Shown here piece by piece: positions 1 to 8,997 of a DNA stretch of 64,000 nucleotides (positions are counted from its first letter, which is position 1; every line of letters starts with the position of its first letter). The notes under the pieces were generated by a model that saw only the letters and a program-made list of their open reading frames with translations, did not search any database and was not told the DNA's origin. The stretch comes from an uncultured Bacteroidales bacterium (lineage in GTDB: Bacteria; Bacteroidota; Bacteroidia; Bacteroidales; FEN-979), in assembly GCA_903903985.1 (NCBI GenBank), contig CAIVAT010000163.1:9061-73060 (forward strand), written 5' to 3'. Both the position numbers and the translations under genes were made by a program.

Positions 1-477
1 TCCAAACGTCGGCACCTGTTCATCGTCGGGTATATGCGATACAGCCGGAAACCTGATAAAATTCCTGCCATCAGAACTTACTTCAACAAACGCAAGTTCC
101 AGGAAGGTATCGTCGAAAGAATTTTCAAATATCGCAAAATCGGGACCACTCCCGTTGATGATCGGGTATTTGAAACCAAGTACCGCGGATCCATGGTCCC
201 CAAGGCTGACAACAAGTTGGTCCGCCTGCCCGATTCCATTCAGGTAACTGCCATATGTAGCCTTGTTTGAACCGTTATAAACCATGGTGGTATCTGAAAG
301 ATTGATAAATCCCTTTTCAATGATGCAAGTTGAAGCCCAGCCAATAAATGCTGAGCTGTCTTTATGCATTGCAGTAGTCCCAGGCTGTCCTGCGGGAGGT
401 GCATACTGGGCTGGCAGGAATGTGTAAAGCAGCAATGAAACGAGAAACAGAAAAAAGCGTAAAACACGAAAATTCAT
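1..477 (-). CDS. secreted hypothetical protein (3' end lies beyond window start)
   Basis: Hand translation of the minus strand from ATG at 477-475 gives 159 codons with no stop down to base 1, so the ORF is absent from the track. The N-terminus MNFRVLRFFLFLVSLLLYTFLPAQ looks like a signal peptide. The body (..SGPDFAIFENSFDDTFLELAFVEVSSDGRNF..) could not be assigned to a named family by eye. Confidence 0.6.
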   Translation of the reverse strand, partial: MNFRVLRFFLFLVSLLLYTFLPAQYAPPAGQPGTTAMHKDSSAFIGWASTCIIEKGFINLSDTTMVYNGSNKATYGSYLNGIGQADQLVVSLGDHGSAVLGFKYPIINGSGPDFAIFENSFDDTFLELAFVEVSSDGRNFIRFPAVSHIPDDEQVPTFG

Positions 478-631
478 TAGCTTCAATTTAACATCAAACT
501 TTAATATACAAAATTAGAAAAAATCACCCGTAACTGTTTATTTATTATTTTTGCCTTGTTGGTTCAATGCCTTTGATACTTATCAAAAATCGCAATCCGT
601 ACTCATTGTTTTCTCTATAATTCAAGATGTA

Positions 632-844
632 ATGAACATTAAACGAATTATTTGCCTCGGACTTTCATTGCTCATGTTCAGTTTCAGTTTAATAATTGCT
701 TCCTGCAGTTCCAGATCATCAGGATGCAGTGCAAGTGGCCAGTTCAAAACAAAGAAAATGAAGAAGAACAAGGGTAGTAATGCTGCGGTATATAGTTACA
801 AATCCAAACCCACCAAAAAATCCTATATTATCAGGAATAAGTAG
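632..844 (+). CDS. small putative lipoprotein
   Basis: Internal ATG of the 551-844 ORF. MNIKRIICLGLSLLMFSFSLIIASCSS has a lipoprotein-type signal ending in Cys, followed by a Lys-rich tail. No homolog recognised. Confidence 0.4.
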   Translation: MNIKRIICLGLSLLMFSFSLIIASCSSRSSGCSASGQFKTKKMKKNKGSNAAVYSYKSKPTKKSYIIRNK

Positions 845-862
845 CAGGAAACGAATTGCCTG

Positions 863-1345
863 TCAATCAGGAGGATTATAAAACTCCTTGTGTTCGGGAT
901 AATACATCGTTTTTTGCGATTTGTCGAGTGGAAATGTAAAAAAGGTAAGCAGTCCTTCGGCACACAAGGTATCATTTCCATCGAAAAGCATCACTTCAAT
1001 ATCTGCAAGGTTTCTTCGCATTTGTTTCACCTTCGCCCGCAAAGTGACCGGCCCCTGCCCCATTCCAACGGTTTTAAGATAACGAAATTCAGCTTTTGAA
1101 GTGAAACCGGCGGTTTTAACCTTAACGTAAACTGTCCAGCTGGCAATTTCATCCATCAGGGCAGCCTGAATTCCCCCATGAAGAATGTTGAAATATCCCT
1201 GAAAATTCGTATCGGGATCCCACCTGGATACAATTTCATCATCTTCCTCTGTGAAAGTAAGATGCAAGCCAATTTTATTGTTTGGAGAACAGCCAAAACA
1301 ATTATACCCTTCGAGTCCGGTGAATGGGTTCCTGAGTTTTTTCAT
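863..1345 (-). CDS. PaaI-family hotdog-fold thioesterase
   Basis: 160 aa. It has the N-terminal CFGCSPNN motif and ..FNILHGGIQAALMDE.., typical of PaaI/4HBT-type thioesterases in Bacteroidota. Confidence 0.75.
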   Translation of the reverse strand: MKKLRNPFTGLEGYNCFGCSPNNKIGLHLTFTEEDDEIVSRWDPDTNFQGYFNILHGGIQAALMDEIASWTVYVKVKTAGFTSKAEFRYLKTVGMGQGPVTLRAKVKQMRRNLADIEVMLFDGNDTLCAEGLLTFFTFPLDKSQKTMYYPEHKEFYNPPD

Positions 1346-1374
1346 TGAAACAGTGTGAAAGGACCGATCAGGAA

Positions 1375-2160
1375 TTACTTTTTAATCTCTGTTCCATTCT
1401 TGAACCTGGTAACGGCTTCAATCTTACCCAATTCGTTATATTCTGTCCAGGGCCCCTCTTTTTGTCCGTTAACATATTTCCCTGATGTTTTCACTTTCCC
1501 GTTACGGTAAAATTCTTTGGCTTCCCCGGAAAGTTTATTGTCCAGGTAATAATTGGAAGATTGCAGGGTGTCATTGTCATAATAGGTCATCTGCAATCCA
1601 TCGAAATTCCCAGCTTTATAATTAAATTCAGCAAGCCGCTTCCCGTTTTTATTGTTCCAGATTGAAACTCCGTTTTTCAGATCATTCTGATATATGGATT
1701 CTTCCTGCACTTTCCCGTTGTCATAATACTGCCGGTATATGCCATTTTTCTTACCGTTGGCATATTCGGTTTCCGACACCGGGGTATCATTGTATTGGCT
1801 TAAATAGGTGGTCAGGCCATGTGCCAGTCCATTTTTATAATGTTCAATGACCGTTATTTTGCCTTTACGGTCGAATTGCAGTGAAATTCCATCTTTCACT
1901 CCATTGTCGAAATATTCGAGTTTGGAAGGTAAATTGTTTGGATAATACCCAACCCAGTTTTTTATCTTTTTGTTTTCAAGATATACACCTTTGCTGGAAA
2001 TATCTCCGGTTTTTTCAACCCAAAACCCAATTTTATTGCCATTGGAGTCTGTCCGATTCAGGGTATCGGAACCTGGTTGACCTGTTGTTGCAACTTGTGC
2101 CGACAATTGTGAAGAAAGGAGAATGACCGTTGTCAGAATTAATACAATATTTTTTTTCAT
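1375..2160 (-). CDS. MORN-variant repeat protein (YwqK-like), secreted
   Basis: Signal peptide MKKNIVLILTTVILLSSQLSAQ, followed by many ~23-aa repeats of the form Y.NGK..G....Y..NGK (for example GKKNGIYRQYYDNGKVQEE and DLKNGVSIWNNKNGKR). Confidence 0.7.
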   Translation of the reverse strand: MKKNIVLILTTVILLSSQLSAQVATTGQPGSDTLNRTDSNGNKIGFWVEKTGDISSKGVYLENKKIKNWVGYYPNNLPSKLEYFDNGVKDGISLQFDRKGKITVIEHYKNGLAHGLTTYLSQYNDTPVSETEYANGKKNGIYRQYYDNGKVQEESIYQNDLKNGVSIWNNKNGKRLAEFNYKAGNFDGLQMTYYDNDTLQSSNYYLDNKLSGEAKEFYRNGKVKTSGKYVNGQKEGPWTEYNELGKIEAVTRFKNGTEIKK

Positions 2161-2184
2161 GGTTTGGAATTTTAAGATGCAAAT

Positions 2185-3495
2185 TTATTTCATTTCGGCA
2201 AATAAATCAAAGCTTTCTGCCCGCGTAATCCGAACATTATAGAATGAACCAGGAATCAGGGTTTCTTCGCCCTTTGGAATCAGCACTTCATTGTCTACTT
2301 CAGGTGAATCAAATTCGGTGCGTGCGATATAGAAATCACCTTCGGTGCGGTCAACCAGAACGCGCATGGTATTTCCCACTTTTCCCTGGTTAAGCGATAA
2401 GGAAATTTCTTCCTGTATCGACATCAGTTCTTCAACCCTCTCCGATTTTATTTTTGCCGGGACAGAATCGGTAAGTCCATAAGCAGCCGTGTCTTCTTCA
2501 TGGGAATAAGCAAAAACGCCAAGCCTTTCGAACCGGCATTCCTTAATAAAATTTCTCAGTTCCCTGAATTCCTTTTCTGTTTCTCCGGGATATCCTGCAA
2601 TGAGGGTTGTCCGGACAGCCACATCAGGGATTGTCTGGCGGATGGTATCAATGAGTTTGCGGGTGGAGGTTCCATCCATCCCACGGTGCATGGATTTTAA
2701 AATTCTGTTGTTGATATGCTGCAGCGGGATGTCAATATAATTGCAGATTTCAGGATGTGATCCGATAACATCAAGCAACACGATGGGAAATCCATCCGGA
2801 TAGGTATAATGGACCCGTATCCATTCAAGCCCCTGTATACCGGCCAGGTTTTCAAGAAGTTCGGGAAGCAGACGCTTTTGGTACAAATCAAGGCCATAAT
2901 ATGTTGTATCCTGCGAAATGAGATTGATCTCCCTAACACCTGACTGAACAAGACGGGATGCTTCCGAAACGATTTCCCTCATTGGCCTGCTCACATGTTT
3001 CCCCCGGATCATCGGGATCGCACAGAAGGAACATTTCCGGTCGCAGCCTTCGGCAATTTTCAGATAAGCAAAATGGGCTGGTGTAGTAATTTTCCTCTCC
3101 CCAACAAGTTGGGTTTTGTAGGTGCCTCCTATGTGACCGATGATCTGCTTCAGGTCATTCACACCAAAAAAAGCGTCAACCTCAGGAATCTCCGCCTTCA
3201 GGCTGGTCCTGTATCGTTCTGACAAACACCCCATCACATACACATGATCGATGAGGTTGTTTTGTTTTGCCTGAACATATTGCAAAATGGTATCGATGGA
3301 CTCCTGTTTTGCGTCATTGATAAAACCGCATGTGTTGATGATGGCCGTATCAATCCGGGAGGTGTCAGCAGGATCAAAAACAAGTTCGAACCTGTTTGCC
3401 TCCAGTTGTTTCATGAGGAGTTCAGCATCCACAAGGTTTTTAGCACATCCCAGTGATACCATTCCGATTCTGTGGGGCCTGGATTTTGTTTTCAA
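2185..3495 (-). CDS. rimO: ribosomal protein S12 methylthiotransferase RimO
   Basis: 436 aa. N-terminal MTTase domain (IGMVSLGCAKNLVDAE), radical SAM motif CDRKCSFCAIP and a C-terminal TRAM-like region. It sits in the conserved position next to ftsY. Confidence 0.9.
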   Translation of the reverse strand: MKTKSRPHRIGMVSLGCAKNLVDAELLMKQLEANRFELVFDPADTSRIDTAIINTCGFINDAKQESIDTILQYVQAKQNNLIDHVYVMGCLSERYRTSLKAEIPEVDAFFGVNDLKQIIGHIGGTYKTQLVGERKITTPAHFAYLKIAEGCDRKCSFCAIPMIRGKHVSRPMREIVSEASRLVQSGVREINLISQDTTYYGLDLYQKRLLPELLENLAGIQGLEWIRVHYTYPDGFPIVLLDVIGSHPEICNYIDIPLQHINNRILKSMHRGMDGTSTRKLIDTIRQTIPDVAVRTTLIAGYPGETEKEFRELRNFIKECRFERLGVFAYSHEEDTAAYGLTDSVPAKIKSERVEELMSIQEEISLSLNQGKVGNTMRVLVDRTEGDFYIARTEFDSPEVDNEVLIPKGEETLIPGSFYNVRITRAESFDLFAEMK

Positions 3496-3506
3496 GAATA
3501 CAAAGG

Positions 3507-4457
3507 TTAATTGAAGAGGCTGTCGACGAATTCAACACGGTTGAATACCTGTAGGTCTTCAAGGCCTTCACCAACACCGATATATTTTACAGGAATTTTA
3601 AACTGGTCGGATATCCCGATCACAACACCGCCTTTTGCGGTTCCATCAAGTTTGGTAAGCGCAAGGGCGTTTACTTCGGTTGCGGTGGTAAACTGCTTTG
3701 CCTGTTCAAAAGCATTTTGCCCCGTAGATGCATCAAGAACAAGCAGTACCTCATGGGGTGCATCGGGTATCAGTTTCTGAATGACCTTCCTGATCTTCGA
3801 AAGTTCATTCATGAGGTTGATTTTATTGTGAAGCCGGCCGGCTGTATCAATGATGACCACATCTGAATCTCTTGCAATGGCTGACTTGACCGTATCATAG
3901 GCCACGGAGGCGGGATCGGCTCCCATACCCTGGGTAATGATGGGAACACCCACCCGTTCGGCCCAGATAATAATCTGGTCAACCGCTGCGGCCCTGAAGG
4001 TATCTGCAGCACCAATAAGAACGGATTTTCCCGATTTTTTAAACTGGTATGCCAGTTTGCCGATGGTGGTTGTCTTCCCTACCCCATTAACACCAACAAC
4101 CATGATCACATAGGGTTTTTTATCCGCAGGGACGGCAAATTCAATAAAATCCTGTATTTCATTTTCCTGTAACAGGGCCACCACTTCCTCCCGGAGCAGG
4201 TTGTTCAACTCACTGGTGCCAAGATATTTGTCTCTGGATGCACGTTTCTGGATGCGATCGATGATCCGCAAAGTGGTTTCCACGCCTACATCGGAGGTGA
4301 CAAGAATTTCTTCAAGGTTATCGAGGACTTCATCGTCTACAGTGGATTTGCCGACGATGGCTTTTGAAATCCGGGTAAAAATGTTGGATTTCGTTTTTTG
4401 CAGACTCTGGTCAAGACGTTCTTTTTTCTCGCGGGAGAAGATGCTGAGGAATCCCAT
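3507..4457 (-). CDS. ftsY: signal recognition particle receptor FtsY
   Basis: 316 aa. SRP GTPase motifs GVNGVGKTTTIGKLA, DTAGRL and TKLDGTAKGG. Confidence 0.95.
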   Translation of the reverse strand: MGFLSIFSREKKERLDQSLQKTKSNIFTRISKAIVGKSTVDDEVLDNLEEILVTSDVGVETTLRIIDRIQKRASRDKYLGTSELNNLLREEVVALLQENEIQDFIEFAVPADKKPYVIMVVGVNGVGKTTTIGKLAYQFKKSGKSVLIGAADTFRAAAVDQIIIWAERVGVPIITQGMGADPASVAYDTVKSAIARDSDVVIIDTAGRLHNKINLMNELSKIRKVIQKLIPDAPHEVLLVLDASTGQNAFEQAKQFTTATEVNALALTKLDGTAKGGVVIGISDQFKIPVKYIGVGEGLEDLQVFNRVEFVDSLFN

Positions 4458-4474
4458 AAAACGATTTATTGTAT

Positions 4475-4506
4475 ATAAAAAAAGCTTTTTCCTAAGGAAA
4501 AAGCTT
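4475..4506 (-). terminator. rho-independent terminator after rpmG-DUF4295
   Basis: Perfect 11-bp stem: 4482-4492 aagctttttcc pairs with 4496-4506 ggaaaaagctt, with a 3-nt loop. On the minus-strand transcript a U-run follows the stem (plus-strand A-run 4477-4481). Confidence 0.75.
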
Positions 4507-4529
4507 CAATTCTGAATGTAATTATTGTA

Positions 4530-4691
4530 CTAGTTTTCTTTGTTAGCTAAAAAGTCTTTTAGCATTTCATTGGCAACAATCGTTTCCTTGAAAACAAAGG
4601 CTCCTGATTTTGGTGATTTGACCATACGGATGACTTTTGTAAAATCTTTTCCGGAGGTAGCTTTAAACGAAGCAACTACTTTCTTTGCCAT
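4530..4691 (-). CDS. DUF4295-family small protein (ORF missing from track, 53 aa)
   Basis: Hand translation gives MAKKVVASFKATSGKDFTKVIRMVKSPKSGAFVFKETIVANEMLKDFLANKEN. This is the small conserved protein that follows rpmG in Bacteroidota. Confidence 0.8.
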   Translation of the reverse strand: MAKKVVASFKATSGKDFTKVIRMVKSPKSGAFVFKETIVANEMLKDFLANKEN

Positions 4692-4699
4692 ATCGTGGG

Positions 4700-4888
4700 T
4701 TATTTAATTTCTTTATGAACTGTAATTTTCTTTAAATACGAATTGTACTTCTTGAGTTCAATCCGTTCAGGTGTGTTCTTTTTATTTTTAGTAGTAATGT
4801 ACCTTGAAATACCGGGGATACCGCTGCTCCTTTGTTCAGTACACTCTAAAATTACCTGAATCCGTTGGTCTTTGCTCTTTTTTGCCAT
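4700..4888 (-). CDS. rpmG: 50S ribosomal protein L33
   Basis: 62 aa, [19 protein letters not shown]...[24 protein letters not shown]...HKEIK, which is the L33 signature. Confidence 0.95.
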   Translation of the reverse strand: MAKKSKDQRIQVILECTEQRSSGIPGISRYITTKNKKNTPERIELKKYNSYLKKITVHKEIK

Positions 4889-4916
4889 CTTATGACTTCT
4901 TTATTTTTCGGGACTG

Positions 4917-4924
4917 CAAAATTA
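4917..4924 (-). promoter_or_regulatory. candidate Bacteroidota -7 promoter box for rpmG
   Basis: The minus strand reads TAATTTTG, matching the TAnnTTTG consensus, about 30 nt upstream of the rpmG ATG. Confidence 0.4.
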
Positions 4925-5032
4925 AACCATTTCCCGGAAAAAACAAAAATTATTTATACTTTTATTTCCTGAAAGAAAATTGTACCGTATCAGGCCCCCA
5001 GAACAAATTGGAATATCACTAAAGAACACGAC

Positions 5033-5938
5033 TTGAGTATCTGGAATTCATATGTTCATGGTTTCAAGGTGTACCTGCAACTTGAGAAATCACTCTCAAT
5101 AAACTCGGTGGAGGCCTACCTTCATGATGTGGCAAAAATAATACAATTCCTGGAAATGCAGCATTTGGCAATAGGTCCTGAAAAACTGGAACTTCATCAT
5201 TTCCAGTCATTTTTAAAATGGATTACGGAATTAGGCATGTCGGCAAGGACCCAGGCAAGGGTAATCTCCGGAATGAGGGCATTTTACCGGTATCTGATCC
5301 TGGAAGATGTTGTAAAGTCGGATCCGACGGCATTGCTTGATTCGCCTAAAATCGGGTTGAAATTACCGGTTACGCTCCATGTAACCGAGGTTGATCACCT
5401 GATCGGAAAGATTGACCTGAGCAAGGCAGAAGGAAAAAGGAACAAAGCAATGCTGGAAACTTTATATGGTTGTGGTCTGCGGGTTTCGGAGTTAATCAAC
5501 CTGAAGATATCCAATCTCTTTTTCGATGATGGCTTTATCAAGGTAACAGGAAAGGGTGACAAGGAGCGACTTGTTCCGATCGGTAGCATTGCACAAACAG
5601 AAATCCAGTTTTATCTTTCCGGTCTCAGACCGCATGTTCCTGTAAAAAAGGGAAATGAGGATATCCTGTTCCTTAGCAGGCGTGGAACTGGCCTCACCCG
5701 CGAAATGATATTCACCATCGTCAAACGGCTGGCGATCCTGGCCGGAATAAAAAAGCGGATCAGTCCGCATACTTTCCGCCATTCTTTTGCCACACACCTG
5801 GTGGAGGGCGGTGCCGATTTGCGGGCTGTTCAGGAAATGCTTGGACATGAATCGATTACGACAACAGAAATTTATACCCACCTGGACAGGGAATACTTAA
5901 GGAGTACGATCATCCAATATCATCCGAGAAATAGTTAA
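5033..5938 (+). CDS. xerD: site-specific tyrosine recombinase, XerD-like
   Basis: 301 aa with a TTG start. N-terminal SAM-like domain (LSINSVEAYLHDV) and catalytic residues in ..GLRVSEL.., HTFRHSFATHL and ..LGHESITTTEIYTHL. Confidence 0.75.
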   Translation: MSIWNSYVHGFKVYLQLEKSLSINSVEAYLHDVAKIIQFLEMQHLAIGPEKLELHHFQSFLKWITELGMSARTQARVISGMRAFYRYLILEDVVKSDPTALLDSPKIGLKLPVTLHVTEVDHLIGKIDLSKAEGKRNKAMLETLYGCGLRVSELINLKISNLFFDDGFIKVTGKGDKERLVPIGSIAQTEIQFYLSGLRPHVPVKKGNEDILFLSRRGTGLTREMIFTIVKRLAILAGIKKRISPHTFRHSFATHLVEGGADLRAVQEMLGHESITTTEIYTHLDREYLRSTIIQYHPRNS

Positions 5939-5997
5939 GGAAAGAATATGCTGCAGCGGCGGCTTCAGAAGTCTTCCAACGTTCAAAAACCAACCAA

Positions 5998-6792
5998 TTA
6001 TTTAAACGGTGAATTTGGCTCTTTTGCCATGTGGTTGTATACCATTTTATCCATGAATTTCGGGAAAAATTTATTCAGGAAAACGGTCATTTTGCCTTGT
6101 GTCGTAAGAATAAGCCGCTCTTTTTTCTTTTCAATTGCCTGAATGATGAAAACTGCCACCTGGTGAGCAGACATCAGTTTACTTTCATCAAGCGGGGTTT
6201 CTCCCTGGGAAGTTCCATCCTTTGACAGTGCGACATTCCTGATATTTGATGCAGTAAATCCCGGGCAGGCAATCAGCACATGCAACCCTTTTTTGAGGTT
6301 TTCGATACGGACTACCTCCAGGAATCCCTGCATGGCAAATTTCGAGGCAGAGTAACCGGCTCGTCCGGGAAGGCCCTTGTATCCTGCAATGGATGACACC
6401 CCGACAAGTGATCCACGCGATTCAATAAGGTAGGGCAATGCGTATTTCGTGCAATAAACCGTACCCCAGAAGTTGGTATCCATCAGCTGGCGGATCACGC
6501 CAAGATCGACTTCGCTGAAGAGCGCGCGCATGGAAATGCCCGCATTGTTGATCAGGATATCGATGCGTCCGAATTTTTCGACGGTCTGCTGAATCAGCGA
6601 GGCGCAATCTGGTTCCCTGCTTACGTCAGTCCTGACATTCAATATCGATGAGGAAATTTTATTCAGTTCAGGGTCGGAAACGCCCGATCGGGATGCCACG
6701 ACAATTTTAGCCCCCCGTTTGGCGAATTCAAAAGCGAGGGCTCTGCCTATGCCTGATGAGGCTCCGGTGATGATGACTACTTTATCGTGCAT
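5998..6792 (-). CDS. short-chain dehydrogenase/reductase (SDR)
   Basis: TGASSGIG cofactor motif, NNAG, and the catalytic Y..SK in GYSASKFA. Confidence 0.85.
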   Translation of the reverse strand: MHDKVVIITGASSGIGRALAFEFAKRGAKIVVASRSGVSDPELNKISSSILNVRTDVSREPDCASLIQQTVEKFGRIDILINNAGISMRALFSEVDLGVIRQLMDTNFWGTVYCTKYALPYLIESRGSLVGVSSIAGYKGLPGRAGYSASKFAMQGFLEVVRIENLKKGLHVLIACPGFTASNIRNVALSKDGTSQGETPLDESKLMSAHQVAVFIIQAIEKKKERLILTTQGKMTVFLNKFFPKFMDKMVYNHMAKEPNSPFK

Positions 6793-6824
6793 GGTTAAAT
6801 AAGTATTGATGATTTAAAAAAAAC

Positions 6825-6867
6825 ACCTCATCCCCCTGACCCCTTCCCCTCAAAGGGAAGGGGAAAT
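6825..6867. repeat. GC-rich palindromic element (short copy)
   Basis: acctcatccccctga followed by a hairpin: ccccttccc (6840-6848), loop ctcaaa, gggaagggg (6855-6863). The sequence matches the reverse complement of the right end of the element at 52877-52968. Confidence 0.7.
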
Positions 6868-6967
6868 AAATTATTCCCCCCGGCATGGAATTCGGGTGGT
6901 GTCATGCAAAAATAGTTATTCCGATTGATTTTATATCTTTGGTGATCATTAGAAAAAAGATTGAGCA

Positions 6968-8155
6968 ATGACTGAGCGTGAATTATTTTACAGACACCTT
7001 GGATTGCCGTCATTATACCCGATGGGCCTGGAGATAGACAAGGCGGAGGGCATCTATCTTTATTCCCAAACGGGCAAAAAGTATATAGATCTTGTTTCAG
7101 GAATTGCGGTCAGCAGCACAGGGCATCGTCATCCAAAAGTGATCGAAGCGATCCATCACCAATTGGAAAAGTATCTTCACCTGAATGTTTACGGAGAATT
7201 TGTGCAATCACCACAAGTGCTCCTTGCACAAAGGCTGGCAACGCTTTTACCTGAAAAACTCGACTCGGTATATTTTGTCAATTCGGGCAGTGAAGCCATT
7301 GAGGGGGCGTTAAAACTGGCAAAACGGTTCACCGGTCGCACGGAAATCATTTCGTTCATTGACTCTTACCATGGAAGCACGCATGGGAGTTTAAGCATAA
7401 TGGGCAATGAAACGCTGAAGAATGCGTTCCGGCCATTGCTCCCGGATGTCAGGTTGATCGAATTCAACAACTACTGCCACCTGGAGAAGATATCTACCCG
7501 CACTGCATGTGTGGTAATCGAACTTGTTCAGGCTGAAGCAGGCATTATCGCGGTGGAGGAGTATTTTCTGCGACAATTGAAAAAAAGGTGTGCTCGGGAT
7601 GGTGTTCTGATCATTGTGGATGATGTGCAGATGGGGATGGGCAGGACAGGCAAGTTTTTTAGTTTTGAACACTACGACTTCATACCTGATATTCTTGTCC
7701 TTGCCAAAGCCTTGGGGGCTGGCATGCCGCTTGGGGCGTTTATTGCACCTAAAAAAATGATGGATACGCTTGCTTACAACCCGGAATTGGGACATATCAC
7801 CACTTTTGGAGGCCATCCTGTGAGCTGTGCCGCTGCCCTGGCCGGAATTGAAGTGCTTCTGGCGGATGGCTTAATTGACCGTACAGAAGAAAAGGGCAAA
7901 ATGTTTGTCGAAAAACTCTCAGGTCATCCGGAAATTGGTGAAATACGCAGGACCGGCCTGGCTCTTGGCGTAGACCTCCGGCAGCCGGAAAAAAGAGGCC
8001 ACTTGATGAAAGCGGCATTGAACCATGGCTTGATTATTGATTGGTACCTCTTCAAACCCGCCACTTTCCGTGTTGCTCCGCCCCTTACCATTACCATTGA
8101 TGAAATTGAACTTGCTTGTTCAAAACTGATTGCTGCGTTGGAGGAAGTCAACTGA
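6968..8155 (+). CDS. class-III PLP-dependent aminotransferase (acetylornithine/ornithine aminotransferase-like)
   Basis: 395 aa. Motifs ..FVNSGSEAIEGALKLA.. and DDVQMGMGRTGKFF; the PLP lysine is in VLAKALG. Confidence 0.8.
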   Translation: MTERELFYRHLGLPSLYPMGLEIDKAEGIYLYSQTGKKYIDLVSGIAVSSTGHRHPKVIEAIHHQLEKYLHLNVYGEFVQSPQVLLAQRLATLLPEKLDSVYFVNSGSEAIEGALKLAKRFTGRTEIISFIDSYHGSTHGSLSIMGNETLKNAFRPLLPDVRLIEFNNYCHLEKISTRTACVVIELVQAEAGIIAVEEYFLRQLKKRCARDGVLIIVDDVQMGMGRTGKFFSFEHYDFIPDILVLAKALGAGMPLGAFIAPKKMMDTLAYNPELGHITTFGGHPVSCAAALAGIEVLLADGLIDRTEEKGKMFVEKLSGHPEIGEIRRTGLALGVDLRQPEKRGHLMKAALNHGLIIDWYLFKPATFRVAPPLTITIDEIELACSKLIAALEEVN

Positions 8156-8193
8156 ATATCGAATATTGAATATTGAATATCGAATATCGAACC
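8152..8193 (+). repeat. 7-nt tandem repeat array (TYGAATA x about 6)
   Basis: ctgaata tcgaata ttgaata ttgaata tcgaata tcgaacc. The first unit overlaps the aminotransferase stop codon (8153-8155). Confidence 0.9.
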
Positions 8194-8232
8194 GAAATAT
8201 AAGGATAGAATTCTACATCCTGGCCAGGGCCC

Positions 8233-8910
8233 ATGACAGTATACAAATTACCTGAAGAACCTTTTTTCCCTCCTGTTGACGATGCTGAACCCGACGGGCT
8301 TGTTGCCATCGGCGGAGATCTTTCGAAGGAGCGTTTGATCCAGGCATATGCCCACGGTGTTTTTCCATGGTTCCTTGATGAAGGTGATATTTTCTGGTAT
8401 TCTCCCGATCCAAGGATGGTCATGTTTCCTGAAAAATTCAAGGTCTCAGGCTCCTTGAAAAGGATCATCAATCACAAAAAGTTCAGCGTGAAATTTGATA
8501 CCATGTTCGATCAGGTGATCCGATGTTGTGCAGAAGCTTCAAGGCCTGACCAGGATGGTACATGGATTTCGCAGGATTTCATCGAGGCATACACATTATT
8601 GCATGCCGGGGGATTAGCCCATTCGGTGGAAGTATTTCACCAGGAAGAACTTGTTGGTGGCCTTTACGGCGTGTCGCTGGGTGCAGCTTTCTTTGGAGAA
8701 AGCATGTTTTACAAAATGAACAATGCGTCGAAAGTGGCATTTCACGCCCTGGTGGAACGTTGCCTCCAATACCGGATCAGGTTCATTGACTGCCAAATAG
8801 AGTCCTCCCATTTGCTTGCAATGGGTGCAAATCTTATTGACCGGAATGATTACCTGTTATTGCTGGAAGAATCGTTGAAATCAGCTACAGTAAAAGGTCC
8901 CTGGAAATAA
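8233..8910 (+). CDS. aat: leucyl/phenylalanyl-tRNA--protein transferase
   Basis: 225 aa. Motifs ..GLVAIGGDLSKERLIQAYAHGVFPWF.., WYSPDPR, AHSVEV, GGLYGVSLG..FFGESMF and IDCQ. Confidence 0.9.
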   Translation: MTVYKLPEEPFFPPVDDAEPDGLVAIGGDLSKERLIQAYAHGVFPWFLDEGDIFWYSPDPRMVMFPEKFKVSGSLKRIINHKKFSVKFDTMFDQVIRCCAEASRPDQDGTWISQDFIEAYTLLHAGGLAHSVEVFHQEELVGGLYGVSLGAAFFGESMFYKMNNASKVAFHALVERCLQYRIRFIDCQIESSHLLAMGANLIDRNDYLLLLEESLKSATVKGPWK

Positions 8911-8997
8911 CCGGTCTTTCGGGGGAGAAGAGATAAAATATATTTCACGCAGAATACACAGGTCTTCTATGCAGATTTGCGCATAATCGAACAACTA

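Noticed and set aside
34-467. Track ORFs 34-270 (+, 78 aa) and 240-467 (-, 75 aa)
   Set aside because: Both are overlapped by a longer minus-strand frame (477-1) that is open to the window edge, begins with a signal peptide and reads like a real protein. The two listed ORFs have no recognisable features.
5033-5938. Tyrosine recombinase, considered as a marker of an integrated mobile element
   Set aside because: It has XerD-like sequence features and housekeeping neighbours on both sides. I saw no flanking direct repeats, tRNA target, phage, conjugation or transposase genes.
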